The translations under genes and the position numbers were made by a program. Shown here piece by piece: positions 29,913-38,335 of a stretch of 51,416 bases of DNA (within the stretch, counting starts at the first letter, position 1; each line of letters begins with the position of its first letter). The notes under the pieces were generated by a model that was not told the DNA's origin, ran no database searches, and saw nothing but the letters and a program-made list of their open reading frames with translations. Location of the stretch: assembly GCA_900548735.1 (NCBI GenBank), contig URMC01000002.1:1-51416 (forward strand). Direction: 5' to 3'. The DNA is from an uncultured Eubacteriales bacterium. Its GTDB lineage: Bacteria; Bacillota; Clostridia; Oscillospirales; CAG-272.

Positions 29913-30740
29913 CTATTTCGCGGCACGTATGCGGGCGTTTCGGAAAACAGACAGGTCAGGCGGGGCGTTTTCCCGCCCCTTTATCTCCCCGGTAAACGTT
30001 TTGCCCACCCACGGGTATTTTGCGCCCGCCATTTTGTTGTAGGGCAACAGTTCCACCGGTGACTCCCCGGCAAGTGCCGCAATGCCTTTCAGATTTTCCG
30101 GCGTGTCCGTGATTCCCGGAATCAGGGGCACGCGCAACAGATACGGCACGCCGCAGGATTGCAAATAACGGAGATTTTTGAGAATCGGCGCGTTATCCGC
30201 CCCGGTATAGTGCCGGTGCGCCGCGGGGTCTGCCAATTTTACGTCCATCATCACAAAATCGCAAAGCCGGACGATATTCCGAAAGACCTCCGGTGCGGCA
30301 AAACCGCTGGTCTCGATGGCTTTGTGTACTTCCAGCGCCTGCAAAAGTTCCCCGGTAAAATCGGGCTGAAAAAGCGGTTCCCCGCCCGAGAGCGTCACGC
30401 CGCCGCCGGAAGTGCGGAAAAAGTCTTTATCCCGTGAGAGCTTTGCGGCAAGCGCCGCCGCCTCCCACTCTTTGCCGATCTCCTCCACCAGCCCCTTGGG
30501 ACAGGCGTGCAGACACCTGGAAAGCCCGCGGCACTCCGGATGATCGCAGGGGATTTTGCACCGCCCGCAATGCAGGCACCCTTTTTCCCGCACCAGCACC
30601 CCGCGCCCAGCATCCAGCCCCTCCGGGTTATGGCACCACACGCACCGCAACGGGCATCCGCGCAAAAATACCGTAGTGCGCACACCGGGTCCATCGTTGA
30701 CCGAGAACTCTTTGATGTCAAAAATATATCCTTTTGCCAT
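29913..30740 (-). CDS. Glycyl-radical enzyme activating protein (radical SAM, with ferredoxin-like Cys-rich insert)
   Basis: MAKGYIFDIKEFSVNDGPGVRTTVFLRGCPLRCVWCHNPE (CX3CX2C) plus CLHCGRCKIPCDHPEC...CLHACP. The ATG overlaps the GRE TAA stop by 1 nt. The long N-terminal extension in the track is rejected. Confidence 0.9.
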   Translation of the reverse strand: MAKGYIFDIKEFSVNDGPGVRTTVFLRGCPLRCVWCHNPEGLDAGRGVLVREKGCLHCGRCKIPCDHPECRGLSRCLHACPKGLVEEIGKEWEAAALAAKLSRDKDFFRTSGGGVTLSGGEPLFQPDFTGELLQALEVHKAIETSGFAAPEVFRNIVRLCDFVMMDVKLADPAAHRHYTGADNAPILKNLRYLQSCGVPYLLRVPLIPGITDTPENLKGIAALAGESPVELLPYNKMAGAKYPWVGKTFTGEIKGRENAPPDLSVFRNARIRAAK

Positions 30741-32710
30741 TATACCATATATTCCTGCCGCGCGATCACGTGATCCTGATACTCCCGATCCAGCTCTACG
30801 AAATAAGCGCTCCAGCCCCAGATGCGCACCACCAGCTGACCGTAATTCTCCGGATGTTTCTGCGCGTCTTTCAGTTTCTCGGCATTGACGGCATTCAGTT
30901 GGAGCTGATGCCCGCCCCGCAGGATGAAAAACCGTACCAATTCCGCCAGTTTGGCGGTGCTTTCGGGGTCGGCAAACATCGAGGAGGCAAATTCCAGCGT
31001 GAGGGGCCCGCCGTTGCAGACCCGCCCCAGATGCTGCTTGGTAAAGGAACGGATTACCGAAACGGGACCCGGCGTTTTCGTGAACAGGTTGGGCGAAAAA
31101 TTCGTGCCGAACGGCTCGCCTTTGCGGCGCCCGTCCGCCGTGGCACCGATCTTGTTTGCGTGCCAAAGGTAATACATCGCGGTGCCGGTGCCCGCGCGAT
31201 AGCACCCGCCGTAGTCGTTCCGCTTGCCCTCCAGCCCGTCCGCAAAGTCGTCTAAGAGTCTGGTGGCAAGACTGTCCACCGCGTCGTCATCACATCCCAT
31301 TTTCGGGGATTCATAGCGCAAAAGCCGCAACAGTTGAGGGTCTTTTTCAAAATCCGTCTCCAACCCCGACAAAAGGCGCGGCACGTCCACATCCTTTTTT
31401 TTAAACACGTGACAGCGGATAGCGGCAAGCGCGTCCGCGGCGCCGGCAATACCGGTGACATGAAATCCGAAATTACGATAACGGCGCTCCGGGATCAGCA
31501 GATCATAGAGCGGAGAAGGAAGAAACGCCGCCGCGCGTTTCTTCGCGGTCTTTTCCACCGCACCGACGCGCACCGTGCTGTCCACCCCGGCAAGAAACGT
31601 TTCAAAATCTGGGGCGCCCGGCAGATACGAAAAGGTTGCCTCCCGCACCGCCTGCGGCAGATTATAGGCGCCGATGTTGACGATTTCATATCCCACACCG
31701 GGGATGATAAACTCCCAGCACGCCGCCACCACGTAATTGCATGCGTCCTCGTGCCGGTAGCCGTACGCTTCCAGTGCGGGGATGATTACGTCATCGTTGT
31801 TGTATTGCGGAACGCCCAGCCCCGCCGCCGTCAGTTCACTGCCGAGGCGGTAGACCTCAATCGGCGTTTTGGAACAAACGCGCAGATTGATTTTCGGATC
31901 AATCATCAAAAGGCGTTTGCTGACCCGCAGGCACATCTCGGAAAGGGCGTTGAAACAGTCGTTCCCCTCGGCGTCACAGCCGCCAAGCACCATGCTCTGC
32001 CCGTTGTCGCCCTGCTGTTGCCCGGGGTACAGGTCGCTGTCCTTGTTGAAAGAGAGAAAGAAATCGGCAAGCAGTTCCTCCGCGCTCTCCGGTGTTTCCA
32101 CCCCCGCCGCCAGGTCGTGCGCGAAATACGGGTACATATACTGGTCAAACCGCCCCACGGTATTGTGGTAACAGCCCTCCAACCACAGCGAAAAGTGCAG
32201 GATCCGGAAAAACTGCAACGCCTCGCGGAAGGTGGTGGCGGGCTTTCGCGGCACCACGGAAAGCACCGCCGCCACGTCGTTTCTCCCCATGCGCTGTGCC
32301 TCTGCCCGATACCGGTCGGTAAGAGAAAGAATAGCGGCGATCTCGCGCCGGGCATATTCGTCCGCGCGCTCCCGCACGGCATCCAGCCCTTCGCGGATGA
32401 GCGCCGCATAGTTCCCGCACAGATTGGAGGTGTACCCCAGTTCGTGAATCTCACCGTTGTTTGCGCGGTACTCCTCCCACTCCTCTTCGGTCATCACGTC
32501 GCCCGCCTTGCCCGTGGTGCGCAGAAACACGATCTGCTCCCCCGGCAGAATGTGCGGCTCCTCGGCGGCGGCAAGCCACTCGAATCTTCTCACAATGCGC
32601 TCGGCAAGCGGCAATTTCCCCGCCGAGAACTCCGCGGCAAAATCTTCCGTGACCTCTTTGCGGAAGGCGCGGTGTTTTTTCTGCAAGACATATTCGTAAG
32701 TTTCGGTCAT
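30740..32710 (-). CDS. Glycyl-radical enzyme, PFL2-like but compact (656 aa)
   Basis: C-terminal glycyl loop VVRIWGWSAYFVEL (Gly codon 30815-30817), Cys-loop AACWEF (Cys codon 31718-31720), GRFDQYMYPYF and ATADGRRKGEP motifs. ATG 32710 with RBS aaagagg. Confidence 0.85.
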   Translation of the reverse strand: MTETYEYVLQKKHRAFRKEVTEDFAAEFSAGKLPLAERIVRRFEWLAAAEEPHILPGEQIVFLRTTGKAGDVMTEEEWEEYRANNGEIHELGYTSNLCGNYAALIREGLDAVRERADEYARREIAAILSLTDRYRAEAQRMGRNDVAAVLSVVPRKPATTFREALQFFRILHFSLWLEGCYHNTVGRFDQYMYPYFAHDLAAGVETPESAEELLADFFLSFNKDSDLYPGQQQGDNGQSMVLGGCDAEGNDCFNALSEMCLRVSKRLLMIDPKINLRVCSKTPIEVYRLGSELTAAGLGVPQYNNDDVIIPALEAYGYRHEDACNYVVAACWEFIIPGVGYEIVNIGAYNLPQAVREATFSYLPGAPDFETFLAGVDSTVRVGAVEKTAKKRAAAFLPSPLYDLLIPERRYRNFGFHVTGIAGAADALAAIRCHVFKKKDVDVPRLLSGLETDFEKDPQLLRLLRYESPKMGCDDDAVDSLATRLLDDFADGLEGKRNDYGGCYRAGTGTAMYYLWHANKIGATADGRRKGEPFGTNFSPNLFTKTPGPVSVIRSFTKQHLGRVCNGGPLTLEFASSMFADPESTAKLAELVRFFILRGGHQLQLNAVNAEKLKDAQKHPENYGQLVVRIWGWSAYFVELDREYQDHVIARQEYMV

Positions 32711-32742
32711 AGAAGCCTCTTTCCGCACGGAACGTGCTGAAT

Positions 32743-32754
32743 ATTAACGTTAAT
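32743..32754. promoter_or_regulatory. Perfect 12-bp palindrome ATTAACGTTAAT (candidate operator)
   Basis: Lies 3 nt downstream of the -10 box of the GRE operon promoter, overlapping the expected transcription start. Confidence 0.45.
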
Positions 32755-32757
32755 GTT

Positions 32758-32786
32758 ATTATAGCACGCCCCACCTGCGCTGTCAA
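32758..32786 (-). promoter_or_regulatory. Consensus sigma-A promoter of the GRE operon
   Basis: Minus strand TTGACA (32786-32781), 17 nt, TGcTATAAT (32763-32758). Confidence 0.65.
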
Positions 32787-32872
32787 TTCCTTCCCGCAAA
32801 AAAGCGGTCGTTTTTAGGAAAATATACTATAAATTATCTGTAGAAAAAATCAAAAATTGTCGGCTTACCCCC

Positions 32873-32901
32873 TTGGCAGAGTGGTTTTTTTGTGCTATAA
32901 T
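32873..32901 (+). promoter_or_regulatory. sigma-A promoter for typA
   Basis: TTGGCA, 17 nt, TGcTATAAT. Confidence 0.6.
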
Positions 32902-32940
32902 GTTTTTTTGTGATATTTCTGTATTTCTGAGAGGTAATTT

Positions 32941-34779
32941 ATGATTCGTAATGACCTTCGCAATGTCGCCATTATCGCCCACGTTGACCACGGCAAAACC
33001 ACCCTGGTCGACCAGATGTTAAAGCAAGGCGGCATTTACCGTGAAAACCAGGAAACCGTGACCTGCGTGATGGACTCCGGCGCGATCGAGCGCGAGCGTG
33101 GCATCACCATTCTGGCAAAGAACACTGCCGTACACTACAAAGACGTCAAGATCAACATTGTGGATACCCCCGGTCACGCGGATTTCGGCGGCGAGGTGGA
33201 GCGTATCCTCAAGATGGTAAACGGCGTTATCCTGCTGGTGGACGCGGCGGAGGGACCCATGCCGCAGACCCGCTTTGTGCTGCAGCGCGCGCTGGAGCTG
33301 AACCACCGCGTGATTGTGGTCATCAATAAGATCGACAAGCCCGACGCACGCCTGGGCGAAGTAGAGGACGAGATACTGGAGTTGCTGATGGATCTCAACG
33401 CCAGCGACGAGCAACTGGACAGCCCGATGCTCTACTGCTCCGGCAGAGCCGGCACCTGCAGTCGCTCCGCGGACGAGCCGGGCACCGACCTCACGCCCCT
33501 TTTTGACACGATTCTCGACTATATCCCCGCCCCGGAAGGTGACGAAAACGGCGAGCTGCAGTTGCTGGTCTCCTCCATCGACTACAACGACTATGTGGGC
33601 CGTATCGGCATCGGGCGCATTGAGCGCGGCGTGCTGAAGCAGAATCAGGAAGCGCTGATCTGCAACTACCACTCCACCGAGGCACCCAAGCGCACCAAGA
33701 TCGTGTCGATCTATCAGATTGACGGGCTGACGCGCGTGCCGGTGGAAAGCGCCAGAATGGGTGACATTGTCTGCTTCTCAGGCGCAGGCTCCATCACCAT
33801 CGGCGATACCATCACCAGCGTCAACGCGCCGGAGCCGCTGGAATTTGTCAAGGTCAGCGAGCCGACGATGGAAATGACCTTCTCGGTCAACTCCAGCCCA
33901 TTGGCGGGCAAAGAGGGCAAATTTGTGACCTCCCGCCAGCTTCGTGAACGGCTGTACCGTGAGACGATGCGTGACGTATCGCTCCGCGTTTCGGACGGCG
34001 ACACCACGGACGAGTTCAAGGTGGCGGGCAGAGGCGAAATGCACCTCTCTATCCTCATTGAAAACATGCGCCGCGAGGGGTACGAGCTCTGTTGCTCCAA
34101 CCCCCGGGTACTGTTCCGCACGATTGACGGCGTGAAGTGCGAGCCGATGGAACGCGTCACGCTGGATGTGCCGCAGGAATTTGTGGGCACGGTGGTGGAA
34201 AAACTGGGTCAGCGCAAGGGGGATCTGTTGGAAATGGTGCCGATCGGCAACCGCACGCGGGTGGAATACCTCATTCCGGCACGGTGCCTGATCGGGTATC
34301 GCTCCGAATTTCTGACCGCCACGCACGGCGAGGGCGTAATCAACTCGATTTTTGACAGTTATCAGCCCTACCGCGGGGAAATCCCGATGCGCTTTACCGG
34401 CGCGCTGGTCGCCTCCAAGGCGGGCATTACCACCCGCTACGGGCTCTTCCACACCCAGGAGCGCGGCGACCTGTTTGTAGGGCCGCAGACCGAGGTTTAC
34501 GAGGGGATGATCGTGGGGCGCAACCCGAAAAACGACGATATTGCCGTCAACCCTTGCCAGGAAAAGCAGCTGACCGCCATCCGCTCCAAGGGTGCGGACG
34601 AAAAGCTGTTGCTGACCCCGCCGATCATCTTCTCGCTGGAGGAAGCCATTGAGTTTATCGTGGACGACGAGCTGATTGAGGTCACGCCCAAGTCCATCCG
34701 CCTGCGCAAGAAGATTCTCAATACCGAACTGCGGATGAAAGAAATGATGCGCGTCCGCCGCGCAATGCAGAACCAGTAA
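32941..34779 (+). CDS. typA: Translational GTPase TypA/BipA
   Basis: IRNVAIIAHVDHGKTTLVD, DTPGHADFGGEVER, NKIDK G-motifs and a full-length EF-G-like architecture. Confidence 0.97.
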   Translation: MIRNDLRNVAIIAHVDHGKTTLVDQMLKQGGIYRENQETVTCVMDSGAIERERGITILAKNTAVHYKDVKINIVDTPGHADFGGEVERILKMVNGVILLVDAAEGPMPQTRFVLQRALELNHRVIVVINKIDKPDARLGEVEDEILELLMDLNASDEQLDSPMLYCSGRAGTCSRSADEPGTDLTPLFDTILDYIPAPEGDENGELQLLVSSIDYNDYVGRIGIGRIERGVLKQNQEALICNYHSTEAPKRTKIVSIYQIDGLTRVPVESARMGDIVCFSGAGSITIGDTITSVNAPEPLEFVKVSEPTMEMTFSVNSSPLAGKEGKFVTSRQLRERLYRETMRDVSLRVSDGDTTDEFKVAGRGEMHLSILIENMRREGYELCCSNPRVLFRTIDGVKCEPMERVTLDVPQEFVGTVVEKLGQRKGDLLEMVPIGNRTRVEYLIPARCLIGYRSEFLTATHGEGVINSIFDSYQPYRGEIPMRFTGALVASKAGITTRYGLFHTQERGDLFVGPQTEVYEGMIVGRNPKNDDIAVNPCQEKQLTAIRSKGADEKLLLTPPIIFSLEEAIEFIVDDELIEVTPKSIRLRKKILNTELRMKEMMRVRRAMQNQ

Positions 34780-34808
34780 CCTGACAGGAAAGCCAAAGGA
34801 GATCGGCG

Positions 34809-35642
34809 ATGAACGAGTTTTGGGAAGCGGCAAAAAAGAAGATCCTTACCGCGGCACACCGCGGCGTTTCGGGCGGGAATATCCCCTGCAACACCGTGAC
34901 CGCCTATGAAATCGCGCTCCGCCAGGGCGCGGATATGATCGAGATTGACGTGGAGATGAGCGCGGACGGCAAGCTGTTCATCTTTCACCCGGGCATGGAG
35001 CCGGCGCACCTGTGGTGCGCGGAAAAGCTCTCCAACCTGACGGCGGAAGAAATTTCTCACCTGCGGTATGTCAACTATGACCGCGTTCCCACGCAGTTCG
35101 GCGTCAACACGCTGGATGAGGTATTGGAGCGCTTCGGAGGCCGTTGCTTTATCAATGTGGACAAGTTCTGGGGGCACCCGAAAGAGATTTACGCAGCGAT
35201 CTGCCGCCACAACTTAAAGGATCGGGTGCTGGTGAAATCCAACCCGACCGAAAAAGTGCTTTCGGTGCTGGAAGAGGTGGCACCGGACCTGCCCTTTATG
35301 CCGATCGTGAAGGACACGCACCCGCTCCATGGGGATCTGATGCGCCGCAACATCCGTTATGTCGGCGCGGAGGTGCTGTTTACCGAGGAAAGCGCGGAGG
35401 TTGCCAGCCCGGAGTTTATCGAAATGATGCACCGGGACGGAAAGTTGGTTTGGGTAAATGCCATTATCTACAACTACCGCCGCCAGCTCAGTGCCGGGCA
35501 CTCGGACGACCGGTCGCTTTGCGGCGACCCTGCCGACGGCTGGGGATGGCTGGCGCGCCGGGGGTTTGACTTTATTCAGACCGACTGGATGCAGATGATG
35601 ACCGAATACCTGAAAAAAGAAAATCTGCTGTATCGCAAATAA
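34809..35642 (+). CDS. Glycerophosphodiester phosphodiesterase family protein
   Basis: AAHRGVSGGNIPCNTVTAYEIALRQGADMIEIDV matches the GDPD HR(G)...E.D motif; RBS aaaggaga. Confidence 0.85.
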   Translation: MNEFWEAAKKKILTAAHRGVSGGNIPCNTVTAYEIALRQGADMIEIDVEMSADGKLFIFHPGMEPAHLWCAEKLSNLTAEEISHLRYVNYDRVPTQFGVNTLDEVLERFGGRCFINVDKFWGHPKEIYAAICRHNLKDRVLVKSNPTEKVLSVLEEVAPDLPFMPIVKDTHPLHGDLMRRNIRYVGAEVLFTEESAEVASPEFIEMMHRDGKLVWVNAIIYNYRRQLSAGHSDDRSLCGDPADGWGWLARRGFDFIQTDWMQMMTEYLKKENLLYRK

Positions 35643-35645
35643 TGC

Positions 35646-35674
35646 AAAAAAGGCGCCGTTCCGGCGCCTTTTTG
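35646..35674 (+). terminator. Intrinsic terminator
   Basis: aggcgccg-ttc-cggcgcct followed by T5. Confidence 0.75.
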
Positions 35675-35719
35675 CACACTGCCCCTCCTCTTTCATACAA
35701 TGGAAAAGGAGGTGAAACC

Positions 35720-36226
35720 ATGACACAGAAACATCATACCGACACGGCGGGGGCAACCGGCATGGCGGCGGCAACCGGCAGCCCGGCGTTCATCCGGCAG
35801 ATCTGCCGCGCCGTGCAGGGGGAACTTGCCGCTGTCGTGGGGTACACGTCAAACAGCGTGTTTCTTTCCCCCAATCTGCCCGCGGTGGCGGGGCTATACC
35901 GGGAAACTGCCATAACCGAAATGAAACACTATCGGCAGTTATCCGACCTGTTGCGCAATCTCGGCGCCTCGCCGTACCTGAAAATGCAGGTGCGCCCTAC
36001 CCCATACGTACTGAATGAAGATGCGGACTCCCACGCGATCGTGGTGGCGCGGCGGATGCTGCAGGAAAGCATCAACGGCGAAAAAGAGACGTCAACGGAG
36101 TACCGCCGGATCTCCGAGCAGTGCGGGGACGAAAAATTGCGGCAGTTTTTTGCCGGACTCTCGGCGGAAGAAGCCGGGCACGCCAAAGCCTTTGCCGCCG
36201 CGCTTTGCCGGTTGGATCGATCGTGA
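35720..36226 (+). CDS. Ferritin-like (rubrerythrin/CotJC-like) four-helix-bundle protein
   Basis: QGELAAVVGY and TEMKHYRQLSDLL, EKETSTEY, EEAGHAKAF resemble paired E...E-x-x-H di-metal motifs; RBS aaaggagg before ATG 35720. Confidence 0.6.
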   Translation: MTQKHHTDTAGATGMAAATGSPAFIRQICRAVQGELAAVVGYTSNSVFLSPNLPAVAGLYRETAITEMKHYRQLSDLLRNLGASPYLKMQVRPTPYVLNEDADSHAIVVARRMLQESINGEKETSTEYRRISEQCGDEKLRQFFAGLSAEEAGHAKAFAAALCRLDRS

Positions 36227-36344
36227 TGGGGCGATCCATGTGCGGGCGGCGTATGGATTGAGCGGAGTGCCGCAGAAGCGGGGCTTTTGCTCCTCCCGCG
36301 CCGCAATATTCCCTATGTTAAACTCTGTCGTTAAACGCTTTCAG

Positions 36345-36376
36345 AAAAGGCGGCACGCTGTGCGTGCCGCCTTTTC
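36345..36376. terminator. Bidirectional terminator between convergent genes
   Basis: ggcggcacg-ctgtg-cgtgccgcc flanked by A- and T-runs. Confidence 0.7.
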
Positions 36377-36378
36377 TC

Positions 36379-37278
36379 TTACTTGTTTTCCGCCATTTCT
36401 TTGCGATAGAAATCATATCTGCCGATGAGATAGCGACCCATCTCCACCATAAACTTCACGGCGTTGGGCTTGAAATCCCGCGGGAAGTGATGGAGGAACG
36501 CGTCTGCCTCAAAGGTCAGCTCACCGTCGTAATCAACCTCGGCAAGCGCCTTCATAATCTCCTCAAAGTTCATTTCGCTCATCCCCGGCAGGGTGTGCAT
36601 ATCGGCACGATAGTTGTTATCGTGCACGTGCAGGGCGTGCAGGCGGTCATGCCCCAACGTGCGGATGGCGTCCTGCGCCTCCTCGCCGACAATGCCACAG
36701 TGCCCAAGATCCAGGCATGCCACAAAATGCTCATCGTTCAGCGTATCGATATAGCGGCAGAACTCGGCGGCTCTGGAGCAGACGTCATGCCCGATGCATT
36801 TGCGCTTCGGCTCGTTCTGCCACATATTCTCCAATGCAACCTTCACGTTGTACTCTTTGGCGTAAGGAAGCAGGGATTTGTAGAACTCCATATTCTTTTC
36901 AAAAAGTTCCTCCTCGTGCCCGAGGTACTGCGTGTGATGAATCGGGTGCACGATAGCAATCTTGCCGCCAAGCAAAGCCGTGATTTCCAACGCCCGCACC
37001 TGACGGGGGAAGAAACGCTCCTCATACTCGTTCGGGTTTTTCCAGTTGAACACAAACGGCACGTGCGACTGATTAAAAGGAATCCCCAGCCGGTCGGCAT
37101 AGGCGCGCACTTCCAGGGCGCGGGTTTTGTATGCGTCCGTGTTGAAAATATCATCGTCCTTGGACATACAGAACAGCGACATATCGATTGCGTCATAGCC
37201 TGCATTTTTCAGAATATCAATCGATCCCTCAATGCCGAAGGTGCTCATCAAATGGCTGTTTTGCGTAGAAAGAATCAT
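36379..37278 (-). CDS. Sugar phosphate isomerase/epimerase (xylose-isomerase-like TIM barrel)
   Basis: 299 aa; AP-endonuclease-2/TIM-barrel pattern (ALENMW, HVHDN, LTFE). ATG 37278 with RBS aaggaga. Confidence 0.8.
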   Translation of the reverse strand: MILSTQNSHLMSTFGIEGSIDILKNAGYDAIDMSLFCMSKDDDIFNTDAYKTRALEVRAYADRLGIPFNQSHVPFVFNWKNPNEYEERFFPRQVRALEITALLGGKIAIVHPIHHTQYLGHEEELFEKNMEFYKSLLPYAKEYNVKVALENMWQNEPKRKCIGHDVCSRAAEFCRYIDTLNDEHFVACLDLGHCGIVGEEAQDAIRTLGHDRLHALHVHDNNYRADMHTLPGMSEMNFEEIMKALAEVDYDGELTFEADAFLHHFPRDFKPNAVKFMVEMGRYLIGRYDFYRKEMAENK

Positions 37279-37294
37279 TGTTTGTCTCCTTTTC

Positions 37295-38185
37295 TCAACA
37301 GTTTTCCAGTTTGGTAAACAGGTCTGCATACAGCGGGTCACGGCGGATGCGGCGCACGTAAATATAGTGGTCGCGCGCCATATCAAACGCGTAATTGGCG
37401 TTATCCGTGATAATCGGGCGGGGGATTTCCACCATCTCCAACGTGTCGGGGCGAACGATTGCCGCCATCGCCGTCACGTCCCAGATGATTTTGGACCACG
37501 CCTTGATGCCCTTGGCGTTATACGCGCGGGTCAGCTCCACCAAGTAATTGCAGAGCGGATTTTTGTCTTTCAGGTAATATTCCACCTCCGGGATCGTGGT
37601 CACAAACTCGGTGCACACGCCGTTGCAGGGGATCTGCACCAGCGGAATTCTGGAGTCAAAGACCACCTGCGCACCCGGCACGTCCTGATACAGGTTGAAC
37701 TCTCTGTTGTGGGGGAAGTGGAGCGCGTGGCCGCCCAGCCACACCAGTACGGCTTTTTCGGCAATGTCCGGCGCCATCAGAAGCGCGGAAGCCACATTGG
37801 TAATGGCGCCGATCGCTACGATGTAAACGGTTTCGTTACTCTCGCGCACCAGTCTGACAATGGCGCGCGCCGCGTCGGATTCCACCGGCTCTTTGGCATT
37901 GGGCAGATATTTTTCCGACCCGCGGTAGATCGGAATATCGGCGGCGGGGTTTACCAGCCCCACGATGTGTTTGATTTCCTCATAGCTTTTCTCCATCCCG
38001 TCCGCAGGGGAGACCGATCTGGAATTGAAGAAAGGCGCGGCGGTGATTGCCAGCAGTCTGACCCGGTCGGGCGAGAGCATGGCATAGGCAATGGTGTACT
38101 GATCATCGATCTCGTTATACGCATCGGTGTCCAGAATCACCGCTTTCGGGGTGTTTTTTTTCAATTCCTCCGGAATGTTCAGCAT
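37295..38185 (-). CDS. Nucleoside hydrolase (IUNH family)
   Basis: N-terminal AVILDTDAYNEIDDQYTIAYA matches the DxDxxxDD Ca-binding fingerprint. ATG 38185 with RBS aaggagg. Confidence 0.85.
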   Translation of the reverse strand: MLNIPEELKKNTPKAVILDTDAYNEIDDQYTIAYAMLSPDRVRLLAITAAPFFNSRSVSPADGMEKSYEEIKHIVGLVNPAADIPIYRGSEKYLPNAKEPVESDAARAIVRLVRESNETVYIVAIGAITNVASALLMAPDIAEKAVLVWLGGHALHFPHNREFNLYQDVPGAQVVFDSRIPLVQIPCNGVCTEFVTTIPEVEYYLKDKNPLCNYLVELTRAYNAKGIKAWSKIIWDVTAMAAIVRPDTLEMVEIPRPIITDNANYAFDMARDHYIYVRRIRRDPLYADLFTKLENC

Positions 38186-38266
38186 GATGTTCCTCCTTTG
38201 AAACAAGGTTGCAGGGCTTGACCCGGCTGCTTGAATTGTATCATACTTTTTCTGCAAATACAAGTA

Positions 38267-38290
38267 TTTTTGCGGGATTTCCCGCAAAAA
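38267..38290. promoter_or_regulatory. 24-bp perfect palindrome in the ldh / nucleoside-hydrolase divergent region
   Basis: tttttgcggga-tt-tcccgcaaaaa read directly. Confidence 0.35.
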
Positions 38291-38335
38291 CTAAGTAAAA
38301 AAGCGGTGGAATTTGCCACCGCAGGAGGAGTTTTT

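Noticed and set aside
30741-31205. N-terminal 155-aa extension of the activase ORF (track ORF 29913-31205)
   Set aside because: The extension overlaps the 3' end of the GRE in another frame and is Arg/Gly-rich. The conserved activase N-terminus MAKGYIFDI... starts at ATG 30740 with TAATG coupling.
31334-32740. 468-aa plus-strand ORF opposite the GRE
   Set aside because: Antisense artefact. The minus strand carries the glycyl-radical and Cys-loop motifs.
38186-38335. Rex operator upstream of ldh
   Set aside because: No TTGTGAA-N4-TTCACAA-like sequence is present. The palindrome found there has a different sequence.
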